A stretch of 64,000 nucleotides of DNA from Eledone cirrhosa. Its lineage: Eukaryota. The stretch covers positions 59,644,001 through 59,708,000 of the forward strand of contig OZ024745.1 in the NCBI GenBank assembly GCA_964016885.1. Direction: 5' to 3'. Shown piece by piece: positions 14,830 to 27,600 of the stretch. The notes beneath the pieces were generated by a model. The model ran no database searches, was not told the origin of the DNA, and saw only the letters and a program-made list of their open reading frames with translations. Both the position numbers and the translations under genes were made by a program. How positions within the stretch are numbered: the stretch's first letter is position 1; each line of letters opens with the position of its first letter.

Positions 14830-15690
14830 CGACTTGGAGTGAGAACCTCGACTTGGAGTGAAAACCTCGACTTGGAGTGAGAACCTCGACTTGGAGTGAA
14901 AACCTCGACTTGGAGTGAAAACCTCGGCTTGGAGTGAAAACCTCGACTTGGAGTGAAAACCTCGGCTTGGAGTGAAAACCTCGACTTGGAGTGAAAACCT
15001 CGACTTGGAGTGAAAACCTCGACTTGGAGTGAGAACCTCGAGTTGGAGTGAGAACCTCGAGTTGGAGTGAGAACCTCGACTTGGAGTGAAAACCTCGACA
15101 TGGAGTGAGAACCTCGACTTGGAGTGAAAACCTCGACATGGAGTGAAAACCGCGACTTGGAGTGAGAACCTCGTCTTGGAGTGAAAACCGCGACTTGGAG
15201 TGAGAATCTCGTCTTGGAGTGAAAACCTCGACTTGGAGTGAAAACCTCGACTTGGAGTGAGAACCTCGACTTGGAGTGAAAACCTCGACTTGGAGTGAGA
15301 ACCTCGACTTGGAGTGAAAACCTCGACTTGGAGTGAAAACCTCGGCTTGGAGTGAAAACCTCGACTTGGAGTGAAAACCTCGGCTTGGAGTGAAAACCTC
15401 GACTTGGAGTGAAAACCTCGACTTGGAGTGAGAACCTCGAGTTGGAGTGAGAACCTCGAGTTGGAGTGAGAACCTCGACTTGGAGTGAAAACCTCGACAT
15501 GGAGTGAGAACCTCGACTTGGAGTGAAAACCTCGACATGGAGTGAAAACCGCGACTTGGAGTGAGAACCTCGTCTTGGAGTGAAAACCGCGACTTGGAGT
15601 GAGAACCTCGTCTTGGAGTGAAAACCTCGACTTGGAGTGAAAACCTCGACTTGGAGTGAGAACCTCGACTTGGAGTGAAAACCTCGACTT
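14830..15690 (+). repeat. 399-bp (21-monomer) tandem duplication of the HOR anchor motif
   Basis: The GGCTT pair, GAGTT pair, GACAT pair and CCGCG/GTCTT set occur twice. CAT at 15101 and 15500, offset 399 = 21x19. Confidence 0.85.
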
Positions 15691-18600
15691 GGAGTGAGAA
15701 CCTCGCCTTGGAGTGAAAACCTCGACTTTGAGTGAGAACCTCGATTGGAGTGAAAACCTCGACTTGGAGTGAGAACCTCGACTTGGAGTGAAAACCTCGA
15801 CTTGGAGTGAGAACCTCGACTTGGAGTGAAAACCTCGACTTGGAGTGAAAACCTCGACTTGGAGTGAAAACCTCGACTTGGAGTGAAAACCTCGACTTGG
15901 AGTGAAAACCTCGACTTGGAGTGAGAACCTCGACTTGGAGTGAAAACCTCGACTTGGAGTGAGAACCTCGACTTGGAGTGAGAACCTCGATTTGGAGTGA
16001 AAACCTCGACTTGGAGTGAAAACCTCGACTTGGAGTGAGAACCTCGACTTGGAGTGAAAACCTCGACTTGGAGTGAGAACCTCGCCTTGGAGTGAAAACC
16101 TCGACTTTGAGTGAGAACCTCGATTGGAGTGAAAACCTCGACTTGGAGTGAAAACCTCGACTTGGAGTGAGAACCTCGACTTGGAGTGAGAACCGCGACT
16201 TGGAGTGAGAACCTCGACTTGGAGTGAGAACCTCGACTTGGAGTGAAAACCTCGACTTGGAGTGAAAACCTCGATTTGGAGTGAAAACCTCGATTTGGAG
16301 TGAAAACCTCGACTTGGAGTGAGAACCTCGACTTGGAGTGAGAACCTCGAGTTGGAGTGAGAACCTCGACTTGGAGTGAAAACCTCGACTTGGAGTGAGA
16401 ACCTCGACTTGGAGTGAAAACCTCGACTTGGAGTGAAAACCTCGACTTGGAGTGAGAACCTCGACTTGGAGTGAAAACCTCGACTTGGAGTGAAAACCTC
16501 GACTTGGAGTGAAAACCTCGACTTGGAGTGAGAACCTCGCCTTGGAGTGAAAACCTCGACTTGGAGTGAAAACCTCGACTTGGAGTGAAAACCTCGACTT
16601 GGAGTGAAAACCTAGACTTGGAGTGAAAACCTCGATTTGGAGTGAAAACCTCGACTTGGAGTGAGAACCTCGACTTGGAGTGAAAACCTCGATTTGGAGT
16701 GAAAACCTCGACTTGGAGTGAGAACCTCGACTTGGAGTGAGAACCTCGACTTGGAGTGAGAACCTCGAGTTGGAGTGAGAACCTCGACTTGGAGTGAGAA
16801 CCTCGAGTTGGAGTGAGAACCTCGACTTGGAGTGAGAACCTCGAGTTGGAGTGAGAACCTCGACTTGGAGTGAAAACCTCGACTTGGAGTGAGAACCTCG
16901 ACTTGGAGTGAAAACCTCGACTTGGAGTGAGAACCTCGACTTGGAGTGAAAACCGCGACTTGGAGTGAAAACCGCGACTTGGAGTGAGAACCTCGACTTG
17001 GAGTGAAAACCTCGACTTGGAGTGAAAACCTCGACTTGGAGTGAGAACCTCGACTTGGAGTGAAAACCTCGACTTGGAGTGAGAACCTCGACTTGGAGTG
17101 AAAACCTCGACTTGGAGTGAGAACCTCGCCTTGGAGTGAAAACCTCGACTTTGAGTGAGAACCTCGATTGGAGTGAAAACCTCGACTTGGAGTGAGAACC
17201 TCGACTTGGAGTGAAAACCTCGACTTGGAGTGAGAACCTCGACTTGGAGTGAAAACCTCGACTTGGAGTGAAAACCTCGGCTTGGAGTGAAAACCTCGAC
17301 TTGGAGTGAAAACCTCGGCTTGGAGTGAAAACCTCGACTTGGAGTGAAAACCTCGACTTGGAGTGAAAACCTCGACTTGGAGTGAGAACCTCGAGTTGGA
17401 GTGAGAACCTCGACTTGGAGTGAGAACCTCGACTTGGAGTGAAAACCTCGACATGGAGTGAGAACCTCGACTTGGAGTGAAAACCTCGACATGGAGTGAA
17501 AACCGCGACTTGGAGTGAGAACCTCGTCTTGGAGTGAAAACCGCGACTTGGAGTGAGAACCTCGTCTTGGAGTGAAAACCTCGACTTGGAGTGAAAACCT
17601 CGACTTGGAGTGAGAACCTCGACTTGGAGTGAAAACCTCGACTTGGAGTGAGAACCTCGCCTTGGAGTGAAAACCTCGACTTGGAGTGAGAACCTCGATT
17701 GGAGTGAAAACCTCGACTTGGAGTGAGAACCTCGACTTGGAGTGAAAACCTCGACTTGGAGTGAGAACCTCGACTTGGAGTGAAAACCTCGACTTGGAGT
17801 GAAAACCTCGACTTGGAGTGAAAACCTCGACTTGGAGTGAAAACCTCGACTTGGAGTGAAAACCTCGACTTGGAGTGAGAACCTCGACTTGGAGTGAAAA
17901 CCTCGACTTGGAGTGAGAACCTCGACTTGGAGTGAGAACCTCGATTTGGAGTGAAAACCTCGACTTGGAGTGAAAACCTCGACTTGGAGTGAGAACCTCG
18001 ACTTGGAGTGAAAACCTCGACTTGGAGTGAGAACCTCGCCTTGGAGTGAAAACCTCGACTTTGAGTGAGAACCTCGATTGGAGTGAAAACCTCGACTTGG
18101 AGTGAAAACCTCGACTTGGAGTGAGAACCTCGACTTGGAGTGAAAACCTCGACGTGGAGTGAAAACCTCGACTTGGAGTGAAAACCTCGACTTGGAGTGA
18201 AAACCTCGACTTGGAGTGAAAACCTCGACTTGGAGTGAGAACCTCGACTTGGAGTGAGAACCTCGACTTGGAGTGAGAACCTCGACTTGGAGTGAGAACC
18301 TCGACTTGGAGTGAAAACCTCGACTTGGAGTGAGAACCTCGACTTGGAGTGAAAACCTCGACTTGGAGTGAGAACCTCGACTTGGAGTGAAAACCTCGAC
18401 TTGGAGTGAAAACCTCGACTTGGAGTGAGAACCTCGACTTGGAGTGAAAACCTCGACTTGGAGTGAGAACCTCGACTTGGAGTGAAAACCGCGACTTGGA
18501 GTGAGAACCTCGACTTGGAGTGAGAACCGCGACTTGGAGTGAGAACCTCGACTTGGAGTGAGAACCTCGACTTGGAGTGAAAACCGCGACTTGGAGTGAG

Positions 18601-21600
18601 AACCTCGACTTGGAGTGAAAACCTCGACTTGGAGTGAGAACCTCGACTTGGAGTGAAAACCTCGACTTGGAGTGAGAACCTCGACTTGGAGTGAAAACCT
18701 CGACTTGGAGTGAGAACCTCGACTTGGAGTGAAAACCTCGACTTGGAGTGAAAACCTCGACTTGGAGTGAAAACCTCGACTTGGAGTGAGAACCTCGACT
18801 TGGAGTGAAAACCTCGACTTGGAGTGAGAACCTCGACTTGGAGTGAAAACCTCGACTTGGAGTGAGAACCTCGACTTGGAGTGAAAACCTCGACTTGGAG
18901 TGAAAACCTCGACTTGGAGTGAAAACCTCGACTTGGAGTGAAAACCTCGACTTGGAGTGAAAACCTCGCCTTGGAGTGAAAACCTCGACTTGGAGTGAGA
19001 ACCTCGCCTTGGAGTGAAAACCTCGACTTGGAGTGAGAACCTCGATTTGGAGTGAAAACCTCGACTTGGAGTGAAAACCTCGATTTGGAGTGAAAACCTC
19101 GATTTGGAGTGAAAACCTCGATTTGGAGTGAAAACCTCGACTTGGAGTGAAAACCTCGACTTGGAGTGAGAACCTCGACTTGGAGTGAGAACCTCGAGTT
19201 GGAGTGAGAACCTCGACTTGGAGTGAAAACCTCGACTTGGAGTGAGAACCTCGACTTGGAGTGAAAACCTCGACTTGGAGTGAAAACCTCGACTTGGAGT
19301 GAGAACCTCGACTTGGAGTGAAAACCTCGACTTGGAGTGAAAACCTCGACTTGGAGTGAAAACCTCGACTTGGAGTGAGAACCTCGCCTTGGAGTGAAAA
19401 CCTCGACTTGGAGTGAAAACCTCGACTTGGAGTGAAAACCTCGACTTGGAGTGAAAACCTAGACTTGGAGTGAAAACCTCGATTTGGAGTGAAAACCTCG
19501 ATTTGGAGTGAAAACCTCGACTTGGAGTGAGAACCTCGACTTGGAGTGAAAACCTCGACTTGGAGTGAGAACCTCGACTTGGAGTGAGAACCTCGAGTTG
19601 GAGTGAGAACCTCGACTTGGAGTGAGAACCTCGAGTTGGAGTGAGAACCTCGACTTGGAGTGAGAACCTCGAGTTGGAGTGAGAACCTCGACTTGGAGTG
19701 AAAACCTCGACTTGGAGTGAGAACCTCGACTTGGAGTGAAAACCTCGACTTGGAGTGAGAACCTCGACTTGGAGTGAAAACCTCGACTTGGAGTGAGAAC
19801 CTCGACTTGGAGTGAAAACCGCGACTTGGAGTGAGAACCTCGACTTGGAGTGAGAACCTCGACTTGGAGTGAAAACCTCGACTTGGAGTGAAAACCTCGA
19901 CTTGGAGTGAGAACCTCGACTTGGAGTGAAAACCTCGACTTGGAGTGAGAACCTCGACTTGGAGTGAAAACCTCGACTTGGAGTGAGAACCTCGCCTAGG
20001 AGTGAAAACCTCCACTTTGAGTGAGAACCTCGATTGGAGTGAAAACCTCGACTTGGAGTGAGAACCTCGACTTGGAGTGAAAACCTCGACTTGGAGTGAG
20101 AACCTCGACTTGGAGTGAAAACCTCGACTTGGAGTGAAAACCTCGGCTTGGAGTGAAAACCTCGACTTGGAGTGAAAACCTCGGCTTGGAGTGAAAACCT
20201 CGACTTGGAGTGAAAACCTCGACTTGGAGTGAAAACCTCGACTTGGAGTGAGAACCTCGAGTTGGAGTGAGAACCTCGACTTGGAGTGAGAACCTCGACT
20301 TGGAGTGAAAACCTCGACATGGAGTGAGAACCTCGACTTGGAGTGAAAACCTCGACATGGAGTGAAAACCGCGACTTGGAGTGAGAACCTCGTCTTGGAG
20401 TGAAAACCTCGACTTGGAGTGAAAACCTCGACTTGGAGTGAGAACCTCGACTTGGAGTGAAAACCTCGACTTGGAGTGAGAACCTCGCCTTGGAGTGAAA
20501 ACCTCGACTTTGAGTGAGAACCTCGATTGGAGTGAAAACCTCGACTTGGAGTGAGAACCTCGACTTGGAGTGAAAACCTCGACTTGGAGTGAGAACCTCG
20601 ACTTGGAGTGAAAACCTCGACTTGGAGTGAGAACCTCGACTTGGAGTGAAAACCTCGACTTGGAGTGAAAACCTCGACTTGGAGTGAAAACCTCGACTTG
20701 GAGTGAAAACCTCGACTTGGAGTGAAAACCTCGACTTGGAGTGAGAACCTCGACTTGGAGTGAGAACCTCGATTTGGAGTGAAAACCTCGACTTGGAGTG
20801 AAAACCTCGATTTGGAGTGAAAACCTCGACTTGGAGTGAAAACCTCGACTTGGAGTGAGAACCTCGACTTGGAGTGAAAACCTCGACTTGGAGTGAGAAC
20901 CTCGCCTTGGAGTGAAAACCTCGACTTTGAGTGAGAACCTCGATTGGAGTGAAAACCTCGACTTGGAGTGAAAACCTCGACTTGGAGTGAGAACCTCGAC
21001 TTGGAGTGAAAACCTCGACTTGGAGTGAAAACCTCGACTTGGAGTGAAAACCTCGACTTGGAGTGAAAACCTCGACTTGGAGTGAAAACCTCGACTTGGA
21101 GTGAAAACCTCGACTTGGAGTGAGAACCTCGACTTGGAGTGAGAACCTCGACTTGGAGTGAAAACCTCGACTTGGAGTGAAAACCTCGACTTGGAGTGAA
21201 AACCTCGACTTGGAGTGAGAACCTCGACTTGGAGTGAGAACCTCGACTTGGAGTGAGAACCTCGACTTGGAGTGAGAACCTCGACTTGGAGTGAAAACCT
21301 CGACTTGGAGTGAGAACCTCGACTTGGAGTGAAAACCTCGACTTGGAGTGAGAACCTCGACTTGGAGTGAAAACCTCGACTTGGAGTGAAAACCTCGACT
21401 TGGAGTGAGAACCTCGACTTGGAGTGAAAACCTCGACTTGGAGTGAGAACCTCGCCTTGGAGTGAGAACCTCGACTTGGAGTGAGAACCTCGACTTGGAG
21501 TGAGAACCTCGATTTGGAGTGAGAACCTCGACTTGGAGTGAAAACCTCGACTTGGAGTGAAAACCTCGACTTGGAGTGAAAACCTAGACTTGGAGTGAAA

Positions 21601-24600
21601 ACCTCGATTTGGAGTGAAAACCTCGACTTGGAGTGAAAACCTCGATTTGGAGTGAAAACCTCGACTTGGAGTGAGAACCTCGACTTGGAGTGAGAACCTC
21701 GACTTGGAGTGAAAACCTCGACTTGGAGTGAGAACCTCGACTTGGAGTGAGAACCTCGACTTGGAGTGAGAACCTCGACTTGGAGTGAAAACCTCGACTT
21801 GGAGTGAGAACCTCGACTTGGAGTGAAAACCTCGACTTGGAGTGAGAACCTCGCCTTGGAGTGAAAACCTCGACTTGGAGTGAAAACCTCGACTTGGAGT
21901 GAGAACCTCGACTTGGAGTGAGAACCTCGACTTGGAGTGAAAACCTCGACTTGGAGTGAGAACCTCGACTTGGAGTGAGAACCTCGACTTGGAGTGAAAA
22001 CCTCGACTTGGAGTGAAAACCTCGACTTGGAGTGAAAACCTCGACTTGGAGTGAAAACCTCGACTTGGAGTGAGAACCTCGACTTGGAGTGAAAACCTCG
22101 ACTTGGAGTGAGAACCTCGACTTGGAGTGAGAACCTCGATTTGGAGTGAGAACCTCGACTTGGAGTGAAAACCTCGATTTGGAGTGAGAATCTCGACTTG
22201 GAGTGAAAACCTCGATTTGGAGTGAAAACCTCGACTTGGAGTGAAAACCTCGACTTGGAGTGAGAACCTCGACTTGGAGTGAGAACCTCGACTTGGAGTG
22301 AGAACCTCGACTTGGAGTGAAAACCTCGACTTGGAGTGAGAACCTCGACTTGGAGTGAGAACCTCGACTTGGAGTGAGAACCTCGAGTTGGAGTGAGAAC
22401 CTCGACTTGGAGTGAAAACCTCGACTTGGAGTGAGAACCTCGACTTGGAGTGAAAACCTCGACTTGGAGTGAGAACCTCGACTTGGAGTGAAAACCTCGA
22501 CTTGGAGTGAGAACCTCGACTTGGAGTGAGAACCTCGACTTGGAGTGAAAACCTCGACTTGGAGTGAAAACCTCGACTTGGAGTGAGAACCTCGACTTGG
22601 AGTGAAAACCTCGACTTGGAGTGAGAACCTCGACTTGGAGTGAAAACCTCGACTTGGAGTGAGAACCTCGCCTAGGAGTGAAAACCTCCACTTTGAGTGA
22701 GAACCTCGATTGGAGTGAAAACCTCGACTTGGAGTGAGAACCTCGACTTGGAGTGAAAACCTCGACTTGGAGTGAAAACCTCGGCTTGGAGTGAAAACCT
22801 CGACTTGGAGTGAAAACCTCGGCTTGGAGTGAAAACCTCGACTTGGAGTGAAAACCTCGACTTGGAGTGAAAACCTCGACTTGGAGTGAGAACCTCGAGT
22901 TGGAGTGAGAACCTCGACTTGGAGTGAGAACCTCGACTTGGAGTGAAAACCTCGACATGGAGTGAGAACCTCGACTTGGAGTGAAAACCTCGACATGGAG
23001 TGAAAACCGCGACTTGGAGTGAGAACCTCGTCTTGGAGTGAAAACCGCGACTTGGAGTGAGAACCTCGTCTTGGAGTGAAAACCTCGACTTGGAGTGAAA
23101 ACCTCGACTTGGAGTGAGAACCTCGACTTGGAGTGAAAACCTCGACTTGGAGTGAGAACCTCGCCTTGGAGTGAAAACCTCGACTTTGAGTGAGAACCTC
23201 GATTGGAGTGAAAACCTCGACTTGGAGTGAGAACCTCGACTTGGAGTGAAAACCTCGACTTGGAGTGAGAACCTCGACTTGGAGTGAAAACCTCGACTTG
23301 GAGTGAAAACCTCGACTTGGAGTGAGAACCTCGCCTTGGAGTGAAAACCTCGACTTGGAGTGAAAACCTCGACTTGGAGTGAAAACCTCGACTTGGAGTG
23401 AAAACCTAGACTTGGAGTGAAAACCTCGATTTGGAGTGAAAACCTCGATTTGGAGTGAAAACCTCGACTTGGAGTGAGAACCTCGACTTGGAGTGAAAAC
23501 CTCGACTTGGAGTGAGAACCTCGACTTGGAGTGAGAACCTCGAGTTGGAGTGAGAACCTCGACTTGGAGTGAGAACCTCGAGTTGGAGTGAGAACCTCGA
23601 CTTGGAGTGAGAACCTCGAGTTGGAGTGAGAACCTCGACTTGGAGTGAAAACCTCGACTTGGAGTGAGAACCTCGACTTGGAGTGAAAACCTCGACTTGG
23701 AGTGAGAACCTCGACTTGGAGTGAAAACCTCGACTTGGAGTGAGAACCTCGACTTGGAGTGAAAACCGCGACTTGGAGTGAGAACCTCGACTTGGAGTGA
23801 GAACCTCGACTTGGAGTGAAAACCTCGACTTGGAGTGAAAACCTCGACTTGGAGTGAGAACCTCGACTTGGAGTGAAAACCTCGACTTGGAGTGAGAACC
23901 TCGACTTGGAGTGAAAACCTCGACTTGGAGTGAGAACCTCGCCTAGGAGTGAAAACCTCCACTTTGAGTGAGAACCTCGATTGGAGTGAAAACCTCGACT
24001 TGGAGTGAGAACCTCGACTTGGAGTGAAAACCTCGACTTGGAGTGAGAACCTCGACTTGGAGTGAAAACCTCGACTTGGAGTGAAAACCTCGGCTTGGAG
24101 TGAAAACCTCGACTTGGAGTGAAAACCTCGGCTTGGAGTGAAAACCTCGACTTGGAGTGAAAACCTCGACTTGGAGTGAAAACCTCGACTTGGAGTGAGA
24201 ACCTCGAGTTGGAGTGAGAACCTCGACTTGGAGTGAGAACCTCGACTTGGAGTGAAAACCTCGACATGGAGTGAGAACCTCGACTTGGAGTGAAAACCTC
24301 GACATGGAGTGAAAACCGCGACTTGGAGTGAGAACCTCGTCTTGGAGTGAAAACCTCGACTTGGAGTGAAAACCTCGACTTGGAGTGAGAACCTCGACTT
24401 GGAGTGAAAACCTCGACTTGGAGTGAGAACCTCGCCTTGGAGTGAAAACCTCGACTTTGAGTGAGAACCTCGATTGGAGTGAAAACCTCGACTTGGAGTG
24501 AGAACCTCGACTTGGAGTGAAAACCTCGACTTGGAGTGAGAACCTCGACTTGGAGTGAAAACCTCGACTTGGAGTGAGAACCTCGACTTGGAGTGAAAAC

Positions 24601-27600
24601 CTCGACTTGGAGTGAAAACCTCGACTTGGAGTGAAAACCTCGACTTGGAGTGAAAACCTCGACTTGGAGTGAAAACCTCGACTTGGAGTGAGAACCTCGA
24701 CTTGGAGTGAGAACCTCGATTTGGAGTGAAAACCTCGACTTGGAGTGAAAACCTCGATTTGGAGTGAAAACCTCGACTTGGAGTGAAAACCTCGACTTGG
24801 AGTGAGAACCTCGACTTGGAGTGAAAACCTCGACTTGGAGTGAGAACCTCGCCTTGGAGTGAAAACCTCGACTTTGAGTGAGAACCTCGATTGGAGTGAA
24901 AACCTCGACTTGGAGTGAAAACCTCGACTTGGAGTGAGAACCTCGACTTGGAGTGAAAACCTCGACTTGGAGTGAAAACCTCGACTTGGAGTGAAAACCT
25001 CGACTTGGAGTGAAAACCTCGACTTGGAGTGAAAACCTCGACTTGGAGTGAAAACCTCGACTTGGAGTGAGAACCTCGACTTGGAGTGAGAACCTCGACT
25101 TGGAGTGAAAACCTCGACTTGGAGTGAAAACCTCGACTTGGAGTGAAAACCTCGACTTGGAGTGAGAACCTCGACTTGGAGTGAGAACCTCGACTTGGAG
25201 TGAGAACCTCGACTTGGAGTGAGAACCTCGACTTGGAGTGAAAACCTCGACTTGGAGTGAGAACCTCGACTTGGAGTGAAAACCTCGACTTGGAGTGAGA
25301 ACCTCGACTTGGAGTGAAAACCTCGACTTGGAGTGAAAACCTCGACTTGGAGTGAGAACCTCGACTTGGAGTGAAAACCTCGACTTGGAGTGAGAACCTC
25401 GCCTTGGAGTGAGAACCTCGACTTGGAGTGAGAACCTCGACTTGGAGTGAGAACCTCGATTTGGAGTGAGAACCTCGACTTGGAGTGAAAACCTCGACTT
25501 GGAGTGAAAACCTCGACTTGGAGTGAAAACCTAGACTTGGAGTGAAAACCTCGATTTGGAGTGAAAACCTCGACTTGGAGTGAAAACCTCGATTTGGAGT
25601 GAAAACCTCGACTTGGAGTGAGAACCTCGACTTGGAGTGAGAACCTCGACTTGGAGTGAAAACCTCGACTTGGAGTGAGAACCTCGACTTGGAGTGAGAA
25701 CCTCGACTTGGAGTGAGAACCTCGACTTGGAGTGAAAACCTCGACTTGGAGTGAGAACCTCGACTTGGAGTGAAAACCTCGACTTGGAGTGAGAACCTCG
25801 CCTTGGAGTGAAAACCTCGACTTGGAGTGAAAACCTCGACTTGGAGTGAGAACCTCGACTTGGAGTGAGAACCTCGACTTGGAGTGAAAACCTCGACTTG
25901 GAGTGAGAACCTCGACTTGGAGTGAGAACCTCGACTTGGAGTGAAAACCTCGACTTGGAGTGAAAACCTCGACTTGGAGTGAAAACCTCGACTTGGAGTG
26001 AAAACCTCGACTTGGAGTGAGAACCTCGACTTGGAGTGAAAACCTCGACTTGGAGTGAGAACCTCGACTTGGAGTGAGAACCTCGATTTGGAGTGAGAAC
26101 CTCGACTTGGAGTGAAAACCTCGATTTGGAGTGAGAATCTCGACTTGGAGTGAAAACCTCGATTTGGAGTGAAAACCTCGACTTGGAGTGAAAACCTCGA
26201 CTTGGAGTGAGAACCTCGACTTGGAGTGAGAACCTCGACTTGGAGTGAGAACCTCGACTTGGAGTGAAAACCTCGACTTGGAGTGAGAACCTCGACTTGG
26301 AGTGAGAACCTCGACTTGGAGTGAGAACCTCGAGTTGGAGTGAGAACCTCGACTTGGAGTGAAAACCTCGACTTGGAGTGAGAACCTCGACTTGGAGTGA
26401 AAACCTCGACTTGGAGTGAGAACCTCGACTTGGAGTGAAAACCTCGACTTGGAGTGAGAACCTCGACTTGGAGTGAGAACCTCGACTTGGAGTGAAAACC
26501 TCGACTTGGAGTGAAAACCTCGACTTGGAGTGAGAACCTCGACTTGGAGTGAAAACCTCGACTTGGAGTGAGAACCTCGACTTGGAGTGAAAACCTCGAC
26601 TTGGAGTGAGAACCTCGCCTAGGAGTGAAAACCTCCACTTTGAGTGAGAACCTCGATTGGAGTGAAAACCTCGACTTGGAGTGAGAACCTCGACTTGGAG
26701 TGAAAACCTCGACTTGGAGTGAAAACCTCGGCTTGGAGTGAAAACCTCGACTTGGAGTGAAAACCTCGGCTTGGAGTGAAAACCTCGACTTGGAGTGAAA
26801 ACCTCGACTTGGAGTGAAAACCTCGACTTGGAGTGAGAACCTCGAGTTGGAGTGAGAACCTCGACTTGGAGTGAGAACCTCGACTTGGAGTGAAAACCTC
26901 GACATGGAGTGAGAACCTCGACTTGGAGTGAAAACCTCGACATGGAGTGAAAACCGCGACTTGGAGTGAGAACCTCGTCTTGGAGTGAAAACCGCGACTT
27001 GGAGTGAGAACCTCGTCTTGGAGTGAAAACCTCGACTTGGAGTGAAAACCTCGACTTGGAGTGAGAACCTCGACTTGGAGTGAAAACCTCGACTTGGAGT
27101 GAGAACCTCGCCTTGGAGTGAAAACCTCGACTTTGAGTGAGAACCTCGATTGGAGTGAAAACCTCGACTTGGAGTGAGAACCTCGACTTGGAGTGAAAAC
27201 CTCGACTTGGAGTGAGAACCTCGACTTGGAGTGAAAACCTCGACTTGGAGTGAAAACCTCGACTTGGAGTGAAAACCTCGACTTGGAGTGAAAACCTCGA
27301 CTTGGAGTGAAAACCTCGACTTGGAGTGAGAACCTCGACTTGGAGTGAAAACCTCGACTTGGAGTGAGAACCTCGACTTGGAGTGAGAACCTCGATTTGG
27401 AGTGAAAACCTCGACTTGGAGTGAAAACCTCGACTTGGAGTGAGAACCTCGACTTGGAGTGAAAACCTCGACTTGGAGTGAGAACCTCGCCTTGGAGTGA
27501 AAACCTCGACTTTGAGTGAGAACCTCGATTGGAGTGAAAACCTCGACTTGGAGTGAAAACCTCGACTTGGAGTGAGAACCTCGACTTGGAGTGAGAACCG

